Part shown: positions 11,301 through 19,138 of the stretch, piece after piece
Numbering within the stretch: position 1 is the first letter of the stretch
Layout: every line of letters begins with the position of its first letter
IMG/VR virus record: IMGVR_UViG_3300044712_002690
Coordinates: 1 to 64,000 of that record
DNA from: a virus
Reading direction: 5' to 3' (one strand)
Length of the DNA stretch: 64,000 nucleotides
Position numbers and translations under genes: made by a program
The notes under the pieces: generated by a model
Database searches by the model: none
The model's input: the letters and a program-made list of their open reading frames with translations, nothing else
Told to the model about the DNA's origin: nothing

Positions 11301-13845
11301 TTAGTTGTGCAATTGAAATTTTTTCTTTTTCAACACCCCTAAATTTCCTTGGCCATATAAAAAATAGCCTTGGTCTAAAATAATTTCTTTGTGTGCCGGG
11401 TTCTTTTTCGTTATCTAGTGTGGTTAATTCAGTAGGACTACCGAAAACCATTTCTCTCAATTTTTCTAAAGGAGAAATAACTATTGAATCTAACAATTCT
11501 GGCTTGCCGGTTTTTGGATTTATAGATGCATTATATACATCTGAAACTCTATGAAAATTATTTATAAAATCGTATGTTAATGCAGGATGAATTCCACAAA
11601 CACCGAATCCTCTGTCTGCTGCCCATCCAGTGATTTCTTGTTTTTCACCAGTATCAAGTGTTTTAAAATTTCTTTTAGCTGCATCAAGAAGAGTAAAATT
11701 TTTTGACCAATACCTTACTGAACTATCATAAAAAGGTTTTAAATTATGTTCAGTTAAATCTTCAATATCAATTTGATTATATTGTAAATATAAATCTGTC
11801 CATGGGCTGAATCTAAAAGAATCTGGGTCTGCTAAATAGGCTTTATTTTTTACAAACCAGTTATTAAATTCAAATGATGAAACAAGTGTGGTCTTTGCTT
11901 CATCAGTTTCAGATATATTTGAAATTGGAACAAGTTCTACTCTTCTGTTTCTATAATCATGCCACTCAAGCCCTGGTTCATAAGATTTACCATTTACTGT
12001 GAATCCAGCGGGACAAAAACCATGATTAGCTCTATTTGTAAGATCGTAGTCGCTTAACGAAATTGGATCTTGTTTTTGTATGTCTCCTTGATCAGTGATT
12101 TTTATAGGAATAAAGTTTCTATTATTTTTATTAGGACCCGGTTCAATTGGTGATTGCTTACCTTTACCTTCTACTTCTGGATGTAATTGCTCTTCTTTTA
12201 TTCCTTGTTGTATTAACCACTTACGAACAGCTGTTGCTCTATCTCTAGATAAAATTTCATTATAAACTACACCACCATTTAAATCAGTATAACCAACAAG
12301 TTTAAAAACTGTTGTGCTCATACTTTTAAGATATGTAAGCATATTGTTTAATTCTCTTTCATTATGCTTAATATATCCTTGCGACCCTTTCAAGGGATCA
12401 CGTGAATCATAACTAAATAGGATTGGATATACTTTAGGCCCTGCTTTTTTAGTAAGTGCTGGTCCTTTACCTACACGTTGTAAAGGAAAATCTCTAATCA
12501 TTTGACCATCAGTATATAATTGTTCAGGATTAACATCAGTTTTAAACTCATGCGCAGTCCTAAAAACATTCATATACTTTTTTTCACGTGTATCTTTTTG
12601 TGAAACATTATATGGTATTTCGGGATTACCGTCTTGTGATTTAAATGTATTTGCGGGTGTGTAGTAAAAATGATAATTAACTATTTTCTCTACAACTTTA
12701 GTATCCCTACTAAAAAAAATAGTTTTCACTAATGTAGGAAAATCACCTCTAATTCCTTGATATACATAATGTTGAGCATTTGCAAAATTAGTTGCTCGTG
12801 ATTCCATAGCTCGTGCCCTAATAATTGAGCCTCTTTCTGTAAATTTTCTTCTTTTAAATATTTGTATAGGATCTCCTGCTTGTAGTGTTATTGTTTGCTC
12901 TGACCCGTAAATTTTACCTTCATTAAATCCTATTACCACACCCGTAAAACCAAAATACCAATAAGAAGAAAATCTTCCTTTGTAAAATACAAATACAGGA
13001 TCTCTAAAATCAAAAATAATTTCACCTATTTTTTTAGATAGCCCACTATGATGTTTAATATCATAAAGCATTTGTGTAACACCAAGTGTTTTATCTTGTT
13101 TTAAATTTTTAAAAGATTGGCTTATTGAATTAACTGTATTAATAACATCTTTACCAATAAAATCTTTACCAACTACTCCTAACAATCCTTGGCCAATATC
13201 AATAGTAGTTGCTCCTTTAATAGTTGCACTATCAGATGAAGTCATTTTCATAGAAGATGCAGGTTTTTGTAACCATTCATAATCATAAGTTTGTAATATA
13301 CTTTTATCTTCTCTCCAAGAACCTTGATTTTTTGGTCCAACTAAATCTGTAGGATTTACAGTGTATTTACCGCGAGGATTAGCTAATGTTATATCGCACA
13401 TTCCACCATTATCAAGCGAATACTGAGAACTAACTCGAATAACATCTTTAGTGACTTCAGCACCACAAATAAATACTCTACATTCAGGACTTAAATTAAT
13501 GAGTGTAGTACCGTCTGTTTTCTCTCTTTCAATATTTTCTACTGGATAACTAAGATCAAATGTACCAAAAACAGTACCTTCACTAGACTTTTCTTTTGTA
13601 GAAGAAGCTTGGGTGGGTTTTTCTTCTGCGGATAAATTTTTTATAAACTTTTCTCTGGGTCCTACATTTCCACCTGTATTTAAAAGAGGAGTAATATTAC
13701 TTCCTTGATCCTCATAAGGAGTAGTAACATTACTTCTTTGATTTTCATAAGGAGTAACATTACTTTCAGGTTTTGCTATTTCATAAGGAATAGAATATAA
13801 TCCTGTTTCATAACCAGGCTGTGGTATAGGAGGTTTAAAAGCCAT
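8377..13845 (-). CDS. Large baseplate hub protein with an inserted OmpA-like domain
   Basis: 1822 aa between tube-initiator and spike genes; hub-like segments (CDITLANPRG, VVYASPMGDIFIEP, HVDIIGRPELMLNRPYYI); OmpA motif GYTD..YNEILSRDRATAVRKWL..NRRVEL. Confidence 0.65.
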   Translation of the reverse strand: MAFKPPIPQPGYETGLYSIPYEIAKPESNVTPYENQRSNVTTPYEDQGSNITPLLNTGGNVGPREKFIKNLSAEEKPTQASSTKEKSSEGTVFGTFDLSYPVENIEREKTDGTTLINLSPECRVFICGAEVTKDVIRVSSQYSLDNGGMCDITLANPRGKYTVNPTDLVGPKNQGSWREDKSILQTYDYEWLQKPASSMKMTSSDSATIKGATTIDIGQGLLGVVGKDFIGKDVINTVNSISQSFKNLKQDKTLGVTQMLYDIKHHSGLSKKIGEIIFDFRDPVFVFYKGRFSSYWYFGFTGVVIGFNEGKIYGSEQTITLQAGDPIQIFKRRKFTERGSIIRARAMESRATNFANAQHYVYQGIRGDFPTLVKTIFFSRDTKVVEKIVNYHFYYTPANTFKSQDGNPEIPYNVSQKDTREKKYMNVFRTAHEFKTDVNPEQLYTDGQMIRDFPLQRVGKGPALTKKAGPKVYPILFSYDSRDPLKGSQGYIKHNERELNNMLTYLKSMSTTVFKLVGYTDLNGGVVYNEILSRDRATAVRKWLIQQGIKEEQLHPEVEGKGKQSPIEPGPNKNNRNFIPIKITDQGDIQKQDPISLSDYDLTNRANHGFCPAGFTVNGKSYEPGLEWHDYRNRRVELVPISNISETDEAKTTLVSSFEFNNWFVKNKAYLADPDSFRFSPWTDLYLQYNQIDIEDLTEHNLKPFYDSSVRYWSKNFTLLDAAKRNFKTLDTGEKQEITGWAADRGFGVCGIHPALTYDFINNFHRVSDVYNASINPKTGKPELLDSIVISPLEKLREMVFGSPTELTTLDNEKEPGTQRNYFRPRLFFIWPRKFRGVEKEKISIAQLSLFDENSTTVYDAIEKITNDTEYVVYASPMGDIFIEPNMYDFHPVKFFDKIEARNPIAQEEDILFRVFVNEVGGESIAYIKDKAYYFNLKANYPLFITNKDTMRVQETLKPELVKTSAVVTGSISGTDGIVTNILSNFYRDGGAYIDISSPTSTKDKASFPIGIYVADGFPNKLFGSQDSDPITVALNKKKQKFLDGKLNSLLLDNLNANKGQATIKQLWDSCTAALKLLAKQKGLVFYHSSLQQTYDELQQDLTKISASKRSQYVVNNIPQLASTTIEGWIVLYNIAPDLHNELKYFSTKDKKGKITTLSSGLSGTGLTSGGNPAFVNPTKIPPPASSAFLNEHGITTADALLSKKISDIVQRYTTITRSGSSNPTVLTSLFAEDQDRSAGSATGQIIKQMMNLYEGVALQESGKTGDEFRGVGKQLTDIVKANKLPTIITRGVLKELSLAGEYNPRTDFVTRYGVNPGPTIHNPFISTKEEAAAFSKILLNRIVSKAFEIHVDIIGRPELMLNRPYYIEDKQAIGSLQTYSIDYSIESPFQSNCQFSYIRRNSITYSYTTKNLDDVAEKNMHGDTEADAHASVSSQLISPDGKVIANESNAGAAADQGTNLYFNKKAISYHKDNYKQKQGVKNAINVQEFFNAGGSSKGLIPSLAGIAGQTLGQVLQVSTFGGSLGGGLFVAHAPIGHINYDKSARGSNDRDVLSPIIGTSELLEDPRFGSKLGQDILTKDQVDRLHGLLVLVDTSFVQLQEIEKELVKLDTQVTNFQKTKSDLATQKIDLEIQRDELKESLNQENVDPKNAAEYMKLEYQIEQINIKLSNDEKHKKTITELQTSTLEEYKFLGQQIYGDAFTGTFDAKKGVKAGRVRPTKPFASQFDTTGNLSLLQELYTAIPSFSSYDSTVQIRNKWGVLDDIDLDQEQQKENNTFGTAKLYLKQIGISGVAPGRSGVGGVSPRETGIDATHVPGSTILV

Positions 13846-14672
13846 TAAAATGCTCCTAAAATACCATTAACTATATTAGCTGTTCCAGTATACATTCCTG
13901 CTACTCTTTGTACAATAGTAACAGGTTTCATATTTTCTATAATATATGTAAAAGAATATTGTACTGTTTGTGCGTCTTCAGCAGATTCAGGAACACTAAA
14001 ATCCGTAAAATATCCCTCACAAATTACACCTGTGGGAAATTGCTTAGTGTACATTTTAATATATTTAACATTATAGTGTTCAAGACCTTGATCATCAGTA
14101 TAATATGGAGGTTGATCAGCGAGATCTTTTAATCTTTGTAAGAACTTTCTAGGCGAGTTATTTAATTTATTTCCATGACTACCTGCAGCTAATTTTTGTG
14201 CAAAAGGTTGAGAGGGATTCCACTTATTAATTTGAAGTTGTACACGTCTTTGATTAACTTCATTATTAACACCTGTCTTAAAAGATCCATAGGTTTGGTC
14301 AAGACTTTGTTTAAATCCTCTTGTATCCCCACGAAGTAAATTAAATGTATTTGATTGAACGCTATCACTATCTGATTGGATTTGCACCCAACCAACACTT
14401 CCATCACAAGTAAGCGTTTTAACATCTTGTCTATAATGGAAAGTTACAATAGATCCAGCAGTGTGTGTTCTATTTTGTATATACCTATCTTCTATTTGAA
14501 TTCGTGTAGGATTAATCCACATTTCATACCAAGAGGCAGCAGTTTGATATGTATCACCTGCAATTCCACCACTAACAATATTACCAAAAGGTTTAGCAAA
14601 TTTTCCTATAGACCCTTGGTTTTGTAATAAATTCGATGAAAATTGAAAAGGAGTTAATTTTAATCCTGCCAT
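13845..14672 (-). CDS. Baseplate tube-initiator / tube-like protein
   Basis: MWINPTRIQI, LTCDGSVG and CEGYFTDFSVPESAEDAQTVQYSFTY; position right after tape measure. Confidence 0.55.
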   Translation of the reverse strand: MAGLKLTPFQFSSNLLQNQGSIGKFAKPFGNIVSGGIAGDTYQTAASWYEMWINPTRIQIEDRYIQNRTHTAGSIVTFHYRQDVKTLTCDGSVGWVQIQSDSDSVQSNTFNLLRGDTRGFKQSLDQTYGSFKTGVNNEVNQRRVQLQINKWNPSQPFAQKLAAGSHGNKLNNSPRKFLQRLKDLADQPPYYTDDQGLEHYNVKYIKMYTKQFPTGVICEGYFTDFSVPESAEDAQTVQYSFTYIIENMKPVTIVQRVAGMYTGTANIVNGILGAF

Positions 14673-14681
14673 ACTCCTACC

Positions 14682-16826
14682 TTATCCTATACCATCTCTA
14701 GATTTAGCAATTGCATCTTCAATACCCCGTAACACACCGCTTTCTCCTATTACACCCCCATAAAAATTATTTACAACATGAATAGTATTAGGATTATCTA
14801 TGCTTGTCTGCTCTTGTCCTCTACCTCTAGGTCCTCTTCCTTGCCCTCTGCTTGGCCGCATTCTTCCTCGAGGAGACCTGTCACTTTCTGCAGCAATTGG
14901 TTCATCAGCAGAAAATCCTAATTTTTCTTCAGCTAATCTTTGTGCATGTGAAGGGTCTAAAACACTAAATGCTCCTCCTACTGTGCTTGCTGCTGCTTTT
15001 ATATAACCTCTTGTTCTTGCTTGCCCTTGTCTATCCATTTCTTCTGCTATTTTCCAACCTTTCCTACCACCTGTTATATAAAGACCTATTTGTCTTGGTA
15101 TCATAAATAAATTTTGTATAATGGATAGTAACAATCCTGTTACTGCAAACATTAATTTTTGTTTTACTCCCTCAAAGTCTGCTAATTTTCCTAATAAATT
15201 TCTATTACTTAAATTTGCTTGAATAAGTTTTTTAGCATTCTCATTTTCTGCATTTTTCAACTGATCTATAGGTGTCGAAAAAAGAAGCTTCATTCCTGCT
15301 TCATCTAGATTAATAATACCTGATTTTCTAAGCAGTTCAGCATACATTCCACGGTTTTCAGGAGCTACTTTTTCAAGAAGTTCTTTAGCTACACGCAGAG
15401 TTGAAAGTGTTGCTTCATCACCTGATAAGTTTTGTCCTGATTCAAGTGTTCCAGCAGAAGTTTTACTCCATTTTAGTGGTCCACCATAAGTCATCATATC
15501 AAATTGTTCACCTGGTGTTCCTTTCATTCCTGCCATTTGTGCATAAAATAATTTCATAGCTGGATCCATTCTGCTTCTCATACTAAGCATATTTTCTGTA
15601 GCTGCACCTAATTGTGAGCGAGTAACACCTAATTGTTGTAAAACCCCTCTTTCTTTATATAATTTAACTGCTGTTGTTAATGTACTAACAACAATTTTTT
15701 CATCAACATTAATAAAACGTAATTTTTCAGAAATAGCAGACGATTGATCTAGCAAATAGTCTAATGGAATACCAGCATCTTTTGCTTGATTTTTAAATAT
15801 TGCAGATAACCTATTAATATGCTCCCAACTTTTTTCAATCGTACCAGAAGAATTGATCATTCTATCTGTTACATTTTTTGCTAGTTCATCGCCATATAAC
15901 TTACTGTTAGCTGCAAACTCTTGTATTTCTTTCAACAGCCCAGCAGAAGAGGTACTTGTTATACCTAAACCGACAGTACTTTGTGAATATTTTTCTGCTT
16001 CCTCAAAAGTTAAATTGGGCTGATTAATACTGATTTTGTCATTTCTTCCTGTTCTTGCGCTTAATCTTGTATTCATAACACTTTGTCGCATACCAATTTG
16101 TGTTTGAAACAATATAGCATCAACAACAGCTTCTATTATACTTCCTCCCAACATGGAACCTACTTTTGCAGCACGTGCCATTTTAGGATGAGATTTTTGA
16201 AATTTTTCAGATTGTGCTAAAACTCCTAGTGCTTGTGTAGGCATAGTTCCTATGCCCTTCATTACACCGGCTAAGGATCCCCCTGCCATTTTATTGAATG
16301 CAGAAATAGCTGTTTGTAGTTTAAGCTCTTGCATTTTAAGTTTTTGTTGTTTTTCTAATTGTTTAGTTTGATCTTGTTTTTGTTTAGATTGTTTTTCTTC
16401 TTCTTTACTAATAGCAGCAATAGCTGATTGAAAGGCTTTAATATTTTTTTGTCTTTTTTCTTCCGCTTTAGATAATTTTGTAGCTGAATCAACTTGTTTT
16501 TCAGTTAATTTTAATGCTTGCTGTATAAATTTTATAGATTCTTTTAATGACATATTAGTTTTCTGTTGTATAGATTGAATCGTTATACTAGCAGCAGGTA
16601 ATTGATCTAATGTAGTACTTAAATCTTTATAGATTGTTTTTTGTTGTTCCAATGCAGTTGCAATATTTTCATTAGCTTCTAAAAATTTTTTAGACTCTTC
16701 ATTAGTTAATTTATACAATTGAAGAATAGCATCTAGTGAGGCTTGTTCAGACTGCATTGTGTCGCCAGTAGATTTAGTCAGTTTATTGACATCCATCATT
16801 ATATCATCTAATTTAGGATCAGGCAT
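14682..16826 (-). CDS. Tape measure protein
   Basis: 714 aa, helical and A/K/Q/G-rich, directly after the frameshifting chaperone pair. Confidence 0.75.
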   Translation of the reverse strand: MPDPKLDDIMMDVNKLTKSTGDTMQSEQASLDAILQLYKLTNEESKKFLEANENIATALEQQKTIYKDLSTTLDQLPAASITIQSIQQKTNMSLKESIKFIQQALKLTEKQVDSATKLSKAEEKRQKNIKAFQSAIAAISKEEEKQSKQKQDQTKQLEKQQKLKMQELKLQTAISAFNKMAGGSLAGVMKGIGTMPTQALGVLAQSEKFQKSHPKMARAAKVGSMLGGSIIEAVVDAILFQTQIGMRQSVMNTRLSARTGRNDKISINQPNLTFEEAEKYSQSTVGLGITSTSSAGLLKEIQEFAANSKLYGDELAKNVTDRMINSSGTIEKSWEHINRLSAIFKNQAKDAGIPLDYLLDQSSAISEKLRFINVDEKIVVSTLTTAVKLYKERGVLQQLGVTRSQLGAATENMLSMRSRMDPAMKLFYAQMAGMKGTPGEQFDMMTYGGPLKWSKTSAGTLESGQNLSGDEATLSTLRVAKELLEKVAPENRGMYAELLRKSGIINLDEAGMKLLFSTPIDQLKNAENENAKKLIQANLSNRNLLGKLADFEGVKQKLMFAVTGLLLSIIQNLFMIPRQIGLYITGGRKGWKIAEEMDRQGQARTRGYIKAAASTVGGAFSVLDPSHAQRLAEEKLGFSADEPIAAESDRSPRGRMRPSRGQGRGPRGRGQEQTSIDNPNTIHVVNNFYGGVIGESGVLRGIEDAIAKSRDGIG

Positions 16827-16834
16827 AATAACTC

Positions 16835-17251
16835 CTATATACTAATAGCTATTCCATCTTCAATATTTATTCTATTTTTAAATTCATCTTTTGGTATAAG
16901 AATCTCACCTGTGTCTTCTTTTACTAAACCTTTTCTTGGATCATAATAAGCATTAGATTTTGCTATTGTAGTATCACCTACTTTAACTTGATCAGCTAAA
17001 CCTTCCTTTTTATTATGTTCTTTTTGTTCTATAAATTCTCTGTACTCTTCAAAATTTTCAGGTGCAATAATACTAGCTATTAATTCAGCTTGCGGCTCTA
17101 AATTTTCCTTCCAATCTCTATATTCTTTATATCTATGCGCTCTAATCGCAACCAACCAGTAGAAATAAGGAAGTTTTTGTATTTCTTCAGCATAGGGATT
17201 CCAACCGTTTAACGCGCAGATGAATAATTTCATGAAGTTGAAGTCGCCCAT
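16835..17251 (-). CDS. Tail assembly chaperone, T part (probably made as a G-T frameshift fusion)
   Basis: Lies in the -1 frame of the upstream chaperone and is open from the slippery site at 17302; precedes tape measure. Confidence 0.65.
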   Translation of the reverse strand: MGDFNFMKLFICALNGWNPYAEEIQKLPYFYWLVAIRAHRYKEYRDWKENLEPQAELIASIIAPENFEEYREFIEQKEHNKKEGLADQVKVGDTTIAKSNAYYDPRKGLVKEDTGEILIPKDEFKNRINIEDGIAISI

Positions 17252-17289
17252 AAGCTCATCTGCATCTTTCCACTCTTCAAACGGACGAC

Positions 17290-17964
17290 TTAGGAGTTTT
17301 TTAATTTTGTAACCGCTTGGTCTCTTTCTCTTTCAACTTCATCATATTTTATATAGAGTGTGTCTATAACGACTGGAGGCATCCCCACAAGATATGACCT
17401 TAAAAATCGCTTGACTGCAATGATATAGTCAATCTTCGAAGGATAGTTTGTAGGTTGTATTTCAGGAAAGAAATCGTAAATAGGAATATCATCAATGGCC
17501 TCAATAGAATATACTACTTTTGAAAAGACAACCGCTACTAATCGTCCAGCTTCGGTTTCTATACTATCCTTTAGATCATCCATTGCTAAGAGCAAATCAC
17601 CTTGGTCAAGCGCTCTTAGTGTCCATCTGTGTCCGAAGACCTCAAATGTTTTTCTTAATTCTCCTTTTACAAGTAATTCTTTAAGAATATCTCTTGGATG
17701 TGATGGAGAACCTTCATGTTTCTTTTTTATTAACTCAGCTTCAGTTTGTAATCTTTCCTCAGCTAAGTTCTCTTTACTAATTGCTTTAGCGACCTCAGCA
17801 TCTATTTCAGCTTTACGGTCTCTTGTAATAAATTGAGATTCTTTGTGTAGTTCAAGTTCCTCAGCTTCCATTTGAATAGGTTGGACTTGTTGAGGAACTT
17901 GACCATCAAAACCTTGCTTAGTTAAAAAGTCAGTAGGAAAGACACTTGTGTTTTCCTGTTTCAT
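17290..17964 (-). CDS. Tail assembly chaperone G
   Basis: Between tube and tape measure; ends at an A AAA AAC slippery heptamer. Confidence 0.7.
   Translation of the reverse strand: MKQENTSVFPTDFLTKQGFDGQVPQQVQPIQMEAEELELHKESQFITRDRKAEIDAEVAKAISKENLAEERLQTEAELIKKKHEGSPSHPRDILKELLVKGELRKTFEVFGHRWTLRALDQGDLLLAMDDLKDSIETEAGRLVAVVFSKVVYSIEAIDDIPIYDFFPEIQPTNYPSKIDYIIAVKRFLRSYLVGMPPVVIDTLYIKYDEVERERDQAVTKLKNS
17296..17302 (-). promoter_or_regulatory. Programmed -1 ribosomal frameshift slippery site A AAA AAC
   Basis: Minus strand reads TTA AAA AAC TCC TAA; the -1 frame continues KKLLSRPFEEWKDADELMGDF into ORF 16835..17251. Confidence 0.75.
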
Positions 17965-17989
17965 TTAATTTCTCCTTCATTTTTTAATG

Positions 17990-18253
17990 TTAGTCTGCAA
18001 ATGGAGTACCATGTAAATCTGTATAATACTCTATTGCGCCTTCAACCGCATTTATTATTCTAGGATCAGTAACTTCTGCTCCTAATTCATCAGTGATAGT
18101 ATGCTCAGGAAATTTTGCAGTATAAATATTATTTTCAACATTTATTTTCCAAACTTCTGTAACTGCTACGCTAATGACATTTTTATCATTGACATGAATA
18201 TAATCTTCACCAGCTAATTTTTTGTAAAATTGATCTAAAACTTGTGATTTCAT
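17990..18253 (-). CDS. Small acidic protein with FYxxL[AS]G leader
   Basis: N-terminus MKSQVLDQFYKKLAGEDY is 12/18 identical to that of ORF 59682..60233. Confidence 0.6.
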   Translation of the reverse strand: MKSQVLDQFYKKLAGEDYIHVNDKNVISVAVTEVWKINVENNIYTAKFPEHTITDELGAEVTDPRIINAVEGAIEYYTDLHGTPFAD

Positions 18254-18255
18254 TA

Positions 18256-18930
18256 TTAAGCTCCTGCTATTATCGGTCTTAGGCGAGTAGCCATAAGTAC
18301 GCCATTCTCAAGAATAGGACCATTAGTTTCTGCTGTTGGTATTTCTTCACCAACATCAGTAAACCAGCATTCTTCAAATACACGACCAAATACAACATTT
18401 CCTGTTGTAGGTGCAAGAAATTGTTGATAAATATAAACTGGTCTAACTTGTTGAATTAAAGATACATAAGGATTCTGGAAAGGACCAGAATAATGTACTT
18501 GATTATTATTTTGTATTGGAGCAGGATTATTTGTACCCGCACCATCTATAGATAATAATGATTGAAGTAAATTAGAACTGTATAAAGCATAGCGACTAAG
18601 AGTAATTTCAACTCCACCAACTTTACCAGGAATAACTTCAATAGGTTCACCTGGCCAATAAAATGTTTGACCGAATTTTGCTGTAGCTAAGTTAGTAGCA
18701 GATTCAAATGTACCATTAGGATAAGGTTCAATTTGATGTAAAACTTGAGCTTCTCGTTTCATAGACCATTTAAATTGTTGAACATATCCAATAGCAAATT
18801 GTTTACCATCACCAAAACGAACAGCCATAGTAATTGATTGTATTGCTGCTTTTGGGATATTATCTGTATCAAGAACTCTTCCGCCAGCTCCTGTAGCCCA
18901 GTTTAATGGGAAGATCCTAGAAGTTGCCAT
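18256..18930 (-). CDS. Tail tube protein
   Basis: 224 aa downstream of sheath; AIGYVQQFKWSMKRE, EVIPGKV..ITLSRYALY, RVFEECWFT tube-like motifs; strong AGGAGG RBS. Confidence 0.7.
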   Translation of the reverse strand: MATSRIFPLNWATGAGGRVLDTDNIPKAAIQSITMAVRFGDGKQFAIGYVQQFKWSMKREAQVLHQIEPYPNGTFESATNLATAKFGQTFYWPGEPIEVIPGKVGGVEITLSRYALYSSNLLQSLLSIDGAGTNNPAPIQNNNQVHYSGPFQNPYVSLIQQVRPVYIYQQFLAPTTGNVVFGRVFEECWFTDVGEEIPTAETNGPILENGVLMATRLRPIIAGA

Positions 18931-18986
18931 AAATTCCTCCTACGTAATACACAATAACAAAAATACTAGATAATTTCATATTTTAT

Positions 18987-18995
18987 ATTCTATCA
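18987..18995 (-). promoter_or_regulatory. Candidate extended -10 promoter (TGATAGAAT) for the tube gene
   Basis: TG-n-TAGAAT in the gap between the sheath terminator and the tube start; AT-rich context weakens it. Confidence 0.3.
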
Positions 18996-19078
18996 TAGGT
19001 TACTTGTTCTACTTTAGAAAATATAAAATAAAATACCATATTTTTAGGTTGTAGCTAAGAATAAAATTAAAATATAAA

Positions 19079-19110
19079 TAGACCTTTATGAATACAATCA
19101 TAAAGGTCTA
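19079..19110 (-). terminator. Intrinsic terminator after the sheath gene
   Basis: Perfect 13-bp stem TAGACCTTTATGA/TCATAAAGGTCTA, 6-nt loop, T-rich tail on the minus strand. Confidence 0.75.
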
Positions 19111-19138
19111 TAGTTTTAATCTTTACTAAATCATTTAA

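Noticed and set aside
13680-13765. Short N-terminal repeat in the hub (NVTPYENQRS/NVTTPYEDQGS/NITP)
   Set aside because: A small local slippage duplication in a disordered leader with no evident function
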